From the human T2T-CHM13v2.0 reference genome, Homo sapiens, in NCBI RefSeq assembly GCF_009914755.1, contig NC_060937.1: 64,000 bases of DNA, one strand, 5' to 3'. The translations under genes and the position numbers were made by a program. The notes beneath the pieces are model-generated. The model had not been told where the DNA came from, ran no database searches, and was given only the letters and a program-made list of their open reading frames with translations. Shown here piece after piece: positions 27,621 to 41,138 of the stretch (the stretch's first letter is position 1; each line of letters begins with the position of its first letter).

Positions 27621-28834
27621 AAGTTGCTACTGTTTTTTGTAGTTGTTAATAATGATAATTTAAAAGGCAGTATTTTTTATTATAATAAATCGACTTGGGC
27701 AGAATTTTTTTCCGGCTGCTTGTTATGTTCCAGTTAATGTATAAAGTACTTTCCATTTGCAACTTCAGTTCTCCTCATAACCCTTGAAGACAAGTATTGC
27801 TGGGATATTAAGAAGGGGGTGGGTTGCAAGTACATGACATCCTTTAAAAAAATCCGTTCATGTGTAGAGCCCACTGAGAGCGCGGCACTGGCACCATGCT
27901 GAGGCGTGGAAATGTCAACTTGATAGACATCACTGTTAGGAGATGCAGTTTAGTCTGTGACTCAGTTGGATGGCACTGGCCTGCATGAGCCTTCCTGGAG
28001 ACCTAGGGCTAGGGCAGGCCCGGTCCATCCTGTGAGCCCATCTCCTAGCCCAGCCCCACCAGTTGGAGAGATCTTTTTCCTGGGAACCAATGAGAGCAGC
28101 CCTGGGCCGAGAGGCCTGAGGTGGCGCCAGTGGACTTTCCAGGAGGACACTTGAGCCAGGGCAGAGGAAGGAGGACCTCGTTCGTTGCTCACCTTTGCCA
28201 AGGAGAGTTGAGGTTACAGAACTGCTAAGTGGGACGCACCTTTGGAGTAGGGACAGACGCTTGTTCCAGCTGGTCTTTCTGACTTTCTTTAATTCTTAAG
28301 TGAACTCCTCCTTTAAGTGTGAATCCTGGACTGACTCTGAACCACCACAGTAAGAGTGCAGGTGAGTGGGGTTTTACTTTTCATGTATTTCTCCTTGTGG
28401 ATTTTTTAGAAGTAACCCAGAGCAAGGAAATTACGCTGAAAAGATGGGGTTTGTGGATCTCAAAATCCTCTCCAGTTGGAAGTGATTTTCAGACACATTT
28501 GAATGTCGTCAGTGTCATCTGCCGTGGGAATTTGTCTTGCAGTATGCTGTTACCCCTGATAGCCCACAGGAAGGCATCGTGAGCCCCCGCTTTTGAGTGG
28601 ACTGTGGGCCCTTGAGCTGGCAGCAGCAGAGGACGCCCTCCAAAGGACCGGCAGGGCGTGTTTAGAAACATGGCTCTCATGAGGAACAGTGCTCTCACTT
28701 TGTTCTACCCGAAGCCACTACTCATGTCTTAGGCGTGTCTGAGCGTGTGTGCGTGCCCGGTTTCAACGTATGTGCGTGTACATGGTGTGTTGCCATCAAG
28801 GAGCTCTTTGCAGGGGCCACACGGAATCCATAGG

Positions 28835-30044
28835 TGTATTAGGGTGCTTTAGAGGGACAGAACTAATAGTATTCTCCTGTTATTTATATATATAGATATA
28901 GATAGATATATAGATATGAAGGGAACTTTATTAAGGGGAGTTTATTATATATACATGTTATATATATATAAAGGGGAGATATATATATATCTACATATAC
29001 ATATATACATATACATCCCCCTATTGTGGGACCTTGTGATCATGTAAGTTAATACCTAATAAACTCCCTTTCATATCTATATAGATATATATGTCTATAT
29101 ATATCTATATAGATATATATGTCTATATATATCTATATAGATATATATGTCTATATATATCTATATAGATATATATGTCTATATATATCTATATAGATAT
29201 ATATGTCTATATATATCTATATAGATATATATGTCTATATATATCTATATATAGATATATATAGACATATATATCTATATATATATCTATATATATATCT
29301 ATATCTATATATATAGATATATATCTATATATATAGATATATATATATCTATATATATAGATATATAGACATCTATATATATAGATATATATAGACATAT
29401 ATATATCTATATATAGATACATATCTATATATCTATATATAGATATATATCTCCCCTTTATATGTATATATATATGTATCTCCCCTTTATATATATATAT
29501 AACATGTATATATAATAAACTCCCCTTAATAAACCCCTTGATATATCTATCTGTATCTATCTATATATACAGCTAATAGGAGAATATTATTAGTTCTGTC
29601 CCTCTATTACTTCTGTCCCTCTAAAGAACCCTCATACACCTATGGATTCATATATGTATGTATATGTGTACGTGTACGTATATGTGTATATGTATACAAG
29701 GTCCCACGATAGGCCATCTACAGGCTGAGGAGCAAGGAGAGCCAGTCCGAGTCTCAAAACTGAAAAAATTGGAGGCTGATGTTTGAGGGCAAGAAGCATC
29801 CAGCATGGGAGAAAGATGTAGGCTGGGAGGCTAGGTCAGTCTCGCCTTTTCACGTTTTTCTGCCTGCTTTATATTTGCTGGAAGCTGATTAGGTGGTGCC
29901 CAGCAGCTTAAGGGTGGGTCTGCCTTTCCCAGTTCATGGACTCAAATGTGAATCTCCTTTAGCAACACCCTCACAGACACACCCAGGATTAATGCTTTGT
30001 GTCCTTCAATCCAATCAAGTTGGCACTGAGTATTAACCATCACA
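28835..30044 (-). mobile_element. MLT2A (ERVL) solo LTR with internal rearrangement; TSD ATAGG
   Basis: tgtattaggg ... attaaccatcaca termini; ATAGG at 28830-28834 and 30045-30049; MLT2A body 29696-30044. Confidence 0.88.
29073..29450. repeat. TA-rich microsatellite/minisatellite (~29-bp TATCTATATAGATATATATGTCTATATA-like units, then degenerate)
   Basis: Seen directly. Confidence 0.95.
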
Positions 30045-30284
30045 ATAGGGTTTGTGCCAAACTGAGACCTAAGTAACTTTGGAAAATTTCCCTTTTTTTC
30101 CTGTTTATTTTTTAAAATTCAAGAAATGTCATTTTTGAGCATATTAGTGATGCATTTGCTAAACTTTATCTGATGGTTGAACCAAAGGAATAACCTTCTG
30201 TCCCTGTTGTTCTCTAATTACCTAAGCATATTGTATGGAAAGTCATGCTAGTTTTATTTTAGTTTATTTATTTTTAATTTTATT

Positions 30285-30572
<288 letters not shown>

Positions 30573-30727
30573 CAGTCTGAGTTTAACCGTGGGCATTTGA
30601 GGCAAGTGTGAAACCACATTTTTTACCGTGTTACTCTAGAGCAGTTAAGAATAAAACTCTAGGATCACAATTACATTCAGTACAGCAGACTTCCCTCTCA
30701 CCTCTGGCTTTGCGTAATGTGGTTACA

Positions 30728-31028
30728 AGTACCTGCAGTCAACTGTGGTTCGAAACAGGTGAGAACAATACAGTAAGATATCTTGAGAGAAGAGACCACA
30801 TTCACATAACTTTAGTTATAGTATATTGTTATAATTGTTCTATTTCATTATTAGTTGTTGTTAATCCATTATTGTACCTAATTTCCAGATTAAACACACA
30901 TAGGTATGTATAGATGGGAAAACATAGTATATATAGGGTTGGTATATATACAGAGATATAGCTGCAGTTTCAGACATCCAGTGGGCAGTCTTGTGGGTAC
31001 CCCCGTGGATAAGGGTGGGCGGCTATAT
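30728..31028. mobile_element. Tigger4/Zombi-like DNA transposon remnant
   Basis: gagagaagagaccacattcacataacttt ... ccccgtggataaggg motifs. Confidence 0.6.
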
Positions 31029-31677
31029 TGCATTTTTTCCAGTAGTTTATGTGGCTTTCTGATTTTGGAATTAGGTTTCCTTTTTTGAAGAGTGTGTTAA
31101 ATGTATTTTGATTTATAGTTAATTAGTGCTTGATTTTTCTGAAAACAAAATTGTGCCAGGTTCCAAACTTAGAGACTTCTCTGACCATCATGTTAGGATC
31201 ATTTCTTTATTCATGAAAACACTGACTTCCTTTAAATTGAGGGTTTCTCTTCTGAATTATATTTTAATTTGATGTACAAATAGTTTCACTGAGTAAACAA
31301 GAACTGAAGTTTTTCTCTAAATGACACTTTTTTAGGCTGTTTATCTCCAGATAAATTGACCAGATGGTCCAATTCACCTCTCCTGCTTCCCTGGGGAAGT
31401 GTAGCCATTGGTGGTTTGCCCTCTTGTGGTCGGAGATGGAATTGTTCTTGTCAAGGTTCACCGTTGTGTTGGTGCTTTTAACCTGTGGTGTAGGATTTCT
31501 TGTTTGAATAGTCCCTCTTTGAAGACAGATAAAATGTTCTAGGATTCTGTAATAACGATCTTTCTAATGCTTGTGTCAAAAGCATTGTATATTATTCCTG
31601 AATATGTACAGTACAGTCTTATGGAAGGTAAATAATTGTCACTTAGCATTTATTTTCTGTGCACCTTTTTTGGTTAG

Positions 31678-32020
<343 letters not shown>

Positions 32021-33317
32021 TGATATGTATTTGTGTTTCACACCCACCCACCCACCCTCACTCTTACTCCCTTGCTTCAGAATTTCCTAAATTCAAGGGA
32101 GAAGTTAAGGAGAGAAGCAGCAAGGTCCATTCTGGAAGTGAGTGGTGATGGTGGTTGCTGTGATTGGATAGAAGTGGAGGCACTCAGCTGCATGTGGCAC
32201 ACACGGTTAGCAGCTGTGAGAACACACCTCGTGCTCTGTGTGCTTCCAAGACCAGTTTTCTGTGTGTGCATGTGGACTCAGGCTTTTTTAGATGATTATT
32301 TCTAATGTGCTGACTTTAGTCATTCTCCTATTTCTGGACAGCTTATTATCTGTTGTAAAGACATTTCTTTTAAATGCTGTTTTGGGGGCTGGTTAGCTTG
32401 AGATGATGACTGTCTGTGTTTGGCAGTGATGTGAGAGCTTAAATGGGACTGTCATTTGCTGATCCACAGATCTTTAACGACATTGCCACTTTTTAAGTTG
32501 GTCACTTTTAAATATTTTTTACTTATTTTTGACATAAAGCAACACGCAGCTGAATTTTGGATGTCGTTATTAATTTAGCTGTGGAGGAACAGTGTTTGAT
32601 GTGAGTATAATCTGTGCGGGGAAAAGGACAAAAGTACCCCAGAACCTTGCCTTCCTTCGTGCCACTGGATGTGAGCTTGTGCTGTAGTCCTTCCTCCTCT
32701 CCGGTGAGGATTGGGTTTGGATGGGACACATGAGGCTGCATTACAGGATGGACCTCTCAGCACTATTGTTTCAAGATGTAATTGTTTTTAAACAAGAGAG
32801 AAGAACATAAATTAGAAGATATGGGCCCCCCGAGGCAGGCGTAGGGAGCGTATTATAGCATTATGTACAAAGGGGTCTTGGAGTAGATGGTTTGGAAATG
32901 TTTCTGGCGTGTGAAAGTGAATATTTTCCTAGATTGGTATACCGAGCATGTCCTCACTGCAATGTGGCTGCCTCCCGTTGTCGGTGATGATTACACATCT
33001 TCCGTTTCAGGAGCACGTCCCATAGACCAGCTGACTTAGAGTAATTAGGGGTCAGGTTGTTAGTCTTCCAGTATTAGAGCTTCTCTTTTTTAAAAAAGTT
33101 TTATTTGCATTTATGCTTAAGTAATTGTATTACTTACATGCCACATGCTTGTAGCATGTGATAGCCAGTAGACGGAAGAGCTCATGTGGGGAAGAGCACA
33201 GGCCACCCACTCCCACAGCCCTGATCCAGGGAGAGGCGTTACTCACCTCCTCTCCTCTCCTACGTAGCTGCCTCGCAACTCTTCACAGTATGCAGAGACT
33301 TCTCTGCTTAGATTTAT

Positions 33318-35518
33318 AGGGCGTATCTCACTTTATTGCACTTTGCTTGTTTTTTTGTTTTTTTTTTTTTCTCTTACAAATGGAAGGCTTGTGGCAACAC
33401 TGTTGGTGCCATTTTTCCAGCACCATGTGCCCACTTGTCCCAGTGCTTCATTTGGGTAATTCTTGCACGATTTCACAGCTTTTCATTATTGTATCCGTTA
33501 TGGTGATCTGTGATCAGGGACCTTTGGTGTTACTGTTAGAATTGTTTTGGGGTGCCATGAACCATGCCCATGTAAGATGGCAGACTTAATTGATAAATGT
33601 TGTGTGTATTCTGACTGCCCTACTGACCGGGAATTCCCCATGTTTTTCCCCAGGCCACTCATTCCCTGAGACACAAAAATACTGAAATTAAACCAGTTTA
33701 TAACCTTACTATGGCCTCTTAAGTGTTCAAATGAAAGGAAGAGTTGCATGTCTCTCACTTTAAATAAAAAGCTAGAAACGATTAACCTTAGTGAGGAAGG
33801 CATGTAGAAAGGTGAGACAGGCTGAAAGCTAGGCCTGTTGCACCAGTCAGTCGTGAATACAAATGAAAAGCTCTTGAAGGAAATTATAAGTGCTACTCCA
33901 GTGAACACATGAATGATAAGCAATGAAACCACCTTATTGCTGATATGGAGAAAGTTTGAGTGGTGTGGATAGAAGATCAAACCAGCCACAACATTTCCTT
34001 AAGGGCAAAGCCTAATCTCTTCAATTCTATGAAGACTGAGAGGTGAGGAAGCTGCAGAAAAAGAGTTTGAAGCTAATGGAGGTTAGTGCATGAGGTTGAA
34101 GGAAAGAAGCCGTCTCCAGAACATGATGAAAGTGCAGGGTGAAGCAGCACGTGCTGACGGAGAAGCTGCAGCAAGTCATCCAGAAGATCTAGCTGACATC
34201 ATCGGTGAAGGTGGCCACACCAACAGGCTGACTCTCTGGTCTGGGGTTAATGTAGCTGGTGACTGAGTTGAAGCCAATTCTCATTTACCATTCTGAAAAT
34301 CCTAGTACCCTTAAGAATTATGCTTAACCAACTTTGCCTCTCTGCGCTGTAAGTTAGAACAACAAAGCCTGGATGGTGGCACATCTGCTTGTGTCATGGT
34401 TTGCTGAATATTTTAAGCCCACTTTAGAGACCTCCCACTCAGGAAAAAAAGATTCCCTTGAGCATGTTACTGCTTATTGACAGTGTACCTAATCACCCAA
34501 GAGCTTTGAGGGAGACATACAAAGAAATTAATGTTGTTTTCATGCTGCTAACACAGCATCCATACTGCAGCTCATGGGTCAAGGATTAATTTAGATTTTT
34601 GGGTCTTAGCATTTAAGGAATACATTTTGTAAGGCCATAAATAGTGGTTCCTCTAATGGATCTAGGCAAAGTAATTTGAAAACCTTCTGGAAAGGATTTA
34701 CCCCTTTAGATGCTGTTAAGAACATTTGTGATTTATGGGAGGAGGTTAAAATATCAACATCAACAGGAGTTTGGAAGACATTGATTCTAACCCTGATGGA
34801 TGACCTTAGGGCCTCAGGACTTCAGTTTAGGAAGGAACTACCTGTGTGGTGGGAACAGCAAGAGAACTAAAATTGGAAGTGGAGCCTGGAGATGTGACTG
34901 AACTGCTGCAGTCTCATGAGAAAACTTGAATGGATGAAGAGTTGCTCCTTATGGCTGAGCAAAGAATGTGGTTTCTTGAAATAGAATCTACCCTTGCTGA
35001 AGTGCCGTGAACATTGTTGAAATAACAAAAGATTTAGACTTTTGCAAAAAGTTAGTTGATAAAGTGGTAGCAGGGTTTGAGAAGATTGACTCTTAATTTT
35101 GTAAGAAGTTGTATGTGTGTAAAATGCTACCAAATAGCATCTCACGCTCCAGAGAAATCTTTCATGAAAGGAAGAATCAGTTGATACTGGCACACTTCAT
35201 TGTCTTGTTTCAAGAAGTGTCCATAGCCACCGCAGCCTTCTGCAGCCACTGATCAGTCAGCAGCCATCCATATCAAGGCAAGACCCTCTACAAAGAGATT
35301 ACAGCTTGCTGAAGGCTCAGATGATTGTTAGCATTTTTTTAGAAACTTTTTTTTTAACTAAGGAATGTACTTTTTTTAAAGACAGTGCAATTGCAAACTT
35401 AATAGACTACAGTATAGTGTAAACATAGCTTTTATATGCAGTAGGAAACAAATTTGTGTGACTCACTGTATTGCCATGGTCTGAAACCAAGCCCTCAGCA
35501 ACTTCAGGGTCTCCCTGT
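33318..35518 (+). mobile_element. Tigger1 (pogo-like DNA transposon), ~2.2 kb, decayed with internal deletion
   Basis: Tigger1 motifs (gctagaaacgattaaccttagtgaggaaggcatg, KTFWKGFTPLDAVKNICDLWEEVKIST) and degenerate TIRs at both ends. Confidence 0.9.
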
Positions 35519-38500
35519 GTACCCCGTTTGACTTACCTTCTTCCTCCTACTTTCTTCTAGGTTTGTTCTTTGTGATTAATTTGTTCTTCTGTTGGTTTCC
35601 TCTGTTGGTGTGCTAAACGAGATGCTTTAGTCTTATTTGTATTTCAGTGACATTTGGCAGATACCTCCTGATGCCCCATTTTGTTCCGTGAAGATTCACC
35701 TTGACCCTTTTCTCTATCCTCCCACATTCTGCCTTTACTCACCTGTATCTTCCTGTTGCATTGTCAAGGTTGTTCACAGTTACACCAGTTACACTTGGCT
35801 CTAAAGCCACACCCAGCATCCATTCCCCAAATACTTACTTTGGTGAGCACTGTTGTGGAAACTGAGAAACACAGCAGTGGGAAAACCAAGAGTGTCTTCC
35901 CAGAAGTTATGAAGCACATCTGAGGTGTCCTGCACGGCACATGAGGTAAGCGTGCAGGTCTGTGCTCTCTGCTCTCTACTGGCATCCAAAAAAGAGGAGG
36001 GGGCGCTTTTATAGAATGAAAGAGACTTTAGTGGCACAGCAGCCAGATGTGCTGCGCAGACTTCATTTGGTTCCTGATTCAAATAAGCTGACATCAGAAA
36101 GCCATTGTTTTGACACACAGGAAGATCTGAATATAGACTAGGCATTAGATACTATTTAAAAATTATTAATATCGTCAGGTGTGATAATGGTCTGAGGTTA
36201 GGGTTTTGAGTTTAAAGAAGAAAAGCTCCCTTTGCTAACACTGAAGTGTTGGTGAGTGGAGATGACCTCATCTCTGAGACTTGCTGATGGTGCTTCCAGC
36301 AGAGAACACGGCGGGAGCGGATGAGGCAGGCTCGATGCTGAGGACTGCTAACACTGTTAAGAGTCTATACGTGGTCATTCTCTGTATGTTTATGTATATT
36401 TTTAAGTTTCTAAAAGTTTGGGAAAAAGTAATGGCACAATTATAACATTTTCGAACAAAGATCGAGCGTCTTAGCAGATCATCCCTTGAACAACTCGGAG
36501 GACGTCACCTGACAGGAGGGTGCATGTGGTTCAGGAAAGCGGCAGGCACACACTGCTGAGCACGGGCAGACACACACAGACATTGACTCTGTGAACTCTG
36601 AGTGCGTGAGTAACAGCCAACAAACCACGCACAGAGCCCCAGCACAGAAGGTCGGAAGAGGACGTGGGAATTCCGAGTTTTTCAGGGCCATGTCTGCTCT
36701 GGTGGTTGAAGCCAGCGGTGATGATTAACTCTGGACTTTGCTGGGTTGGTGACACGTCACAAATGAAAGCGTAACCACTGAAACAGAGGGAAGCGGCTGG
36801 GTGGCTTCCAGTCAAGCGGAAGAGGCAAGTGAGGACTCACAGAAGTGTGTTCTTCTCAAAAGAGGCAGAAATTCCCAGCCCTGTGATGGTGGAGCTGCCT
36901 CGGAGTGGGGAGGGCATTGCACCTGGCTCCCCGGACCTGGCCCTCGCCCAGCTGTGCAGCGTTCCTGTGTGTCTTGGTGGACTCTGGTTTTGCTCGGGGC
37001 TGGCTGTGCTTCCTCAGCCCAAGGAATCCAGAGCTCTTCAGTTCCAGAAAGGATCTTCTCAAGGACTACTTCCAGCTCACTCCCTGATTTTTCTCCTGAA
37101 TATCTTACTAGATGTCTTATTTTGCCCTCTGTTTTAATCCGCGTATTTTAATCTACTTTGCGTATCTGTTTGTTTCACTGTGCTGTATTATCTATTCCTC
37201 TGCCTGTCAGTTCATTAATTCCCTCCTCACGGTGATACTGACCTGTTTGTGGAGATTTCCATTTTAGTGACCATATTTATTTGTAGAAGTTTTGCTGCGC
37301 TTCAGATGTTTTCAGTCTTCATGGCGCCTTTTTTATTCGTCGTGATTGGTCCTAATTGCGTATCTCTCCTGTCATTTTAAACGACAGATTACATTAGGTC
37401 TTGATTTTCCTCTTATTTCTACTTTGGGGAACCTGGTCCCTTTATATGCCACATCCACTCACACCCTCCTGGTAGCTCAGTACCTTCTGTGGCTGATACT
37501 GTTTAATGGTGGGCTTATTCCTGATGGTGGGTTCCTGTGTACCCTGGGTTGTAGAAATATTTCTACAGAGAGGAGTAACATTTGCTTCTTAGGGGTTCCC
37601 GGAGACTTTTTTGTCCCAGGCAGGTACTGGTAGTCCTGCAAGAGGAGAGCATAGGTTGGAGTGGTCCTGCTAAGCAGGTGCGGGCTCTGGGTTTTGGTTT
37701 CTTCTAGGCTGTGCCCCCGTCTGTGAGCAGCCTGCACACTTCCTTGCTATTTCTCTAGACCAGTGCATAGAAGCTTCCAGACATCTTTGCATCAGCTGTG
37801 CGGGTTACTAAGGGATCCAGTTTTATTTGCTTGGGTTGGAGCAGGTCTGTTTTCTTCCTGCGTTGGGTGTAGCCCCAGCTGCTGGAGCCTGGAGACAGGT
37901 GTGTCTCCCCTCCCCTAGTGAGAGGGTTTCCTCTTTGCTTTTGGCATGTCATCCCCTCTTTTTCTTTTACACGTCTATATTTAAATTTTCTTGTTTTCAG
38001 CATTTTTCGAGTTTATTTTAAGAAAGGGAAGACTTGCTGCCCCAGTCAGCCCCTGGAAAGGTAGCACTAAGCTACATTCTCTTGGTTCCCCACTCCTCAA
38101 TACCAGTGAATTTTATTAATTTTTAGCTACCAGATGGGCCAAAAAATGCTGCTTTTCTTAGGATAGTAGGGCAGTTGAGTATTTTCTAATCTATTTCCTG
38201 GCTGTGTGCTTTTCTGTCTGTTACGAATGGCCGTAATTTAGCCTCTTTTAATTTCAATGCTGTTTTTTGGTAGAAGCTACTAGAAGGCTTCCTAGGCTGC
38301 CCGGGAGTTACCTGTGCCCCTGCTGCCCCGCACCCCTCCTGTTGATGGCACATTTCTTCTGGCGTGACCGCCCCAGGAGCCTGGACAGTGGTGGGGCAAG
38401 CAAGGAGCTTTGCATCAGAAGCCAGGAGTGGCCTTGCTGGGGTCTGGCAGCCAGGGGCTTCCTGTCTCCCCTGCAGGGTCTCCTGACAGCAGACCCACCT

Positions 38501-39844
38501 TGGGCGTTTGTGGAAATTACGCTTCCTGATTGGAAGCAAGGGCACGTTGTGGGTGGCACACTTCAGCAGTGCCCTCTTGTTGAAAATGAACCACAGGGTG
38601 TTCTGGGGAACGTGATCTTGACACCTTCCATTCAGCAGCCAGCAGAATTGGGAGCTCTTTTTTCCTAGGGGAGAAAAGGCAACCTGCCTGGACTTAATCT
38701 GATTTGACTGGGTTTCTTCTGCCTGTTTTTTATTTTTATGTAATGTTAGTAACCTGAAGCTTTTTCTTTTGAAAACTTTTTTCTTACAGTTCTTATAGTA
38801 AATTAATTGAATTTTATTAACTGTGGTGTTGAGTTGTGAGGTATGTCTTAAGTTTAAAATAACACAGCTGGCAAAATCATTACTTTTAAAATAATGCAGA
38901 TTCAGGGTCACTGTTACGAAGTTCACTTCACCGGCACACATGCTGACGTGCGGCTTATGATCGCAGTGGCTGTGATTGAGGTGTGGACAGTCTCCCCTGC
39001 AATGTTGTTTTCTATCCTGCCTCCAAATTGTAGATTTCAAAGATGAAAAAGTGTTGTTTTTCCTCAGATGAAAACATTTCATAGTGTTTTCTTCTACAAT
39101 TAAATTCTTAGCTGTAGAAAAGAGATTGAGTAGGTAAGTGTGCTAGCAAGAATAGATTGGTTTTCCTCCTTGTAGCTCTTACAGTGTAGAAGGGATTTGT
39201 TTCCTGTGGAGTTTTGTTTTCCATCCTGTGGGCAGAGAGAATTCTTGCAACTTGCAGCGGCACCTTATTTTGTTGTTTTCAACCACCTGGAAGTACTTAA
39301 CAGTGAGGCATTGAAGGAAGATTTAGAAACTTGACAGTGAGGCATTGAAGGAAGGTTGAGGTAAACGGCTCCACAGGAGGAGGATCCAAAGTTAAGGAGC
39401 ATGAGGTTGGTTCGGGGCATTCTGGGTTTCTGTTGCCAGAAGATGGTGCAGATCCTGAGGAGGCAGTTGACGTTAGGGACCTGAAGCCTTAGAGTGTTTG
39501 GGGTTGAAGGCACTGTTTTGGGATATACTACCTCAGACCCCAGGACACTGAGATTGTGGATGGGGGACGCATGGGAGGAGAGGAGAGCAGAAGGCATGGA
39601 CTGTAGGCAGGTGCTGCTCACACACCAGAGGGGAGGAGTGTGTTCCCGCCCAGTGAGGGGGTTCACATGGCAGGATTCTTGCAGTGGAGGTGAGCTTTGA
39701 GGGAAAACTGGTAGGGACTAAGTCCTCTAGGAAATGCTCATCAGAATTTCTTGGGGAAGAATGTGGGAAAAAACCTCTCCCTTTCCTTTGTCCCCACTAG
39801 CCCCAATTTGATACACTGCTCTGTAGCCCTGGAAAACCAGTGGT

Positions 39845-40320
39845 AAACAGAATCCGTAGAACCAATGTTAGATATACAGAACCAATGTTAGATGTACAGA
39901 ACGTAGAATCAATGTTAGACCTATCTGCCCACCCCCTAGAACTGTTGGTAGATCTACCCCATGGAACTATGATACACACACAACCATTGATAGACCCACC
40001 CTATAGAATTGTGATAGACACACCCTATCCATCTAACCATTAATAGAAATACACACATACCCATAAAACCATTGAGAGACAGAGGGACCCACCCCATAGA
40101 ACCAGTGATGGACGCCATACACTGTCTGCAGAACTAATGGTAAAGACACAGACACTGTCTGTAGAACTGATAATAGACACACACCACCCCATAGAACTAT
40201 GGAGAGACAGACCCACCCGCACAGCCAGCAATGGACACACCCACACTGTCCATAGAACCAGTGATAGAGACCCCCTCCCGTAGAACCATTGGTAGACAGG
40301 CCCACCCCATAGAGCTGATG
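39845..40320. repeat. Degenerate minisatellite, ~35-40-bp period
   Basis: Recurrent CCATAGAAC(C/T)nnTGATAGAC core about a dozen times. Confidence 0.7.
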
Positions 40321-41049
40321 ACGGGCATGCATGGTGCCAGGTTTTGTTTGGCAGGTGTTTCTTCGGCAGGTGTTTCTTCAGCACCTGTTATGCAGAGTAA
40401 GTGTGTGTTGAATGGATGTGGAGTGAAAGCGGTGCTGTTTTAAAACATCGGAATCCTTGCTGGAGTCAGGACTGCTTTAATGGTTTTGCCTGGTGTGGAA
40501 GTGAAGGCGGTGTGGGTTTTTCTTGTTTTTGCCCCTGCTTGAGATGACTTTTCTTTCTCCTCCTTGTCTCCTGTGAGTGATGGTTATTTCAAGCCCTGAG
40601 CCAGATCCTGCTTGTTTAGAGAGACTTTTCCATTCTGAGGGATCTGAGTCCCTAACTTTTAGCCCTGATGTTTTAATATTGTTATGTATCTGCCAAAATG
40701 CCTTTTATTTGGGTGATGCTTTATATTTACCACACTATGGAATTGTCCTTGTAGCTAAACTGCTTTGGTTTTGGCTGGCATTCGTGGAGCAGTCTCTTAG
40801 ACGCCTTCAACTTGAAACTGGGAGAACAGGGTGGGGATGGGGTGCTGTGATTGGCCTTGGTGAGCCGAGCCTGAGGGACTGGGTTTCTGGGGCACTGAGG
40901 GTCACTGTGGATGGCCTTTTCCTTGGCTTGCCATTTGGCTTGTTAATTCAGTGAGGCTGCTGGATGAGTATCCTTGGCCTGTGTGAGGGGCTGGAACTTT
41001 TGTCATCTTTAGTACTGATCAGTAAAACTATGTTACATTTTCATTTCAG

Positions 41050-41138
41050 AGAAGCCTGTGTCTCCCAAATCAGGAACACTGAAGAGCCCTCCCAAAGGAT
41101 TTGATACGACTGCCATAAACAAAAGCTATTACAATGTG
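41050..41138 (+). CDS. ARHGEF7: ARHGEF7 exon, SH3-DH linker (EKPVSPKSGTLKSPPKGFDTTAINKSYYNV)
   Basis: tttcatttcag acceptor, GTG|gtgagt donor; 89 nt, phase 1 to 0. Confidence 0.95.

Noticed and set aside
38186-39082. 298-aa minus-strand ORF, the longest non-retroviral ORF in the window
   Set aside because: No recognisable domain, patchy composition and antisense intronic position; consistent with chance
39300-39354. Short local duplications (ACAGTGAGGCATTGAAGGAAG twice; similar case at ~41685-41757)
   Set aside because: Ordinary slippage-type micro-duplications with no evident function
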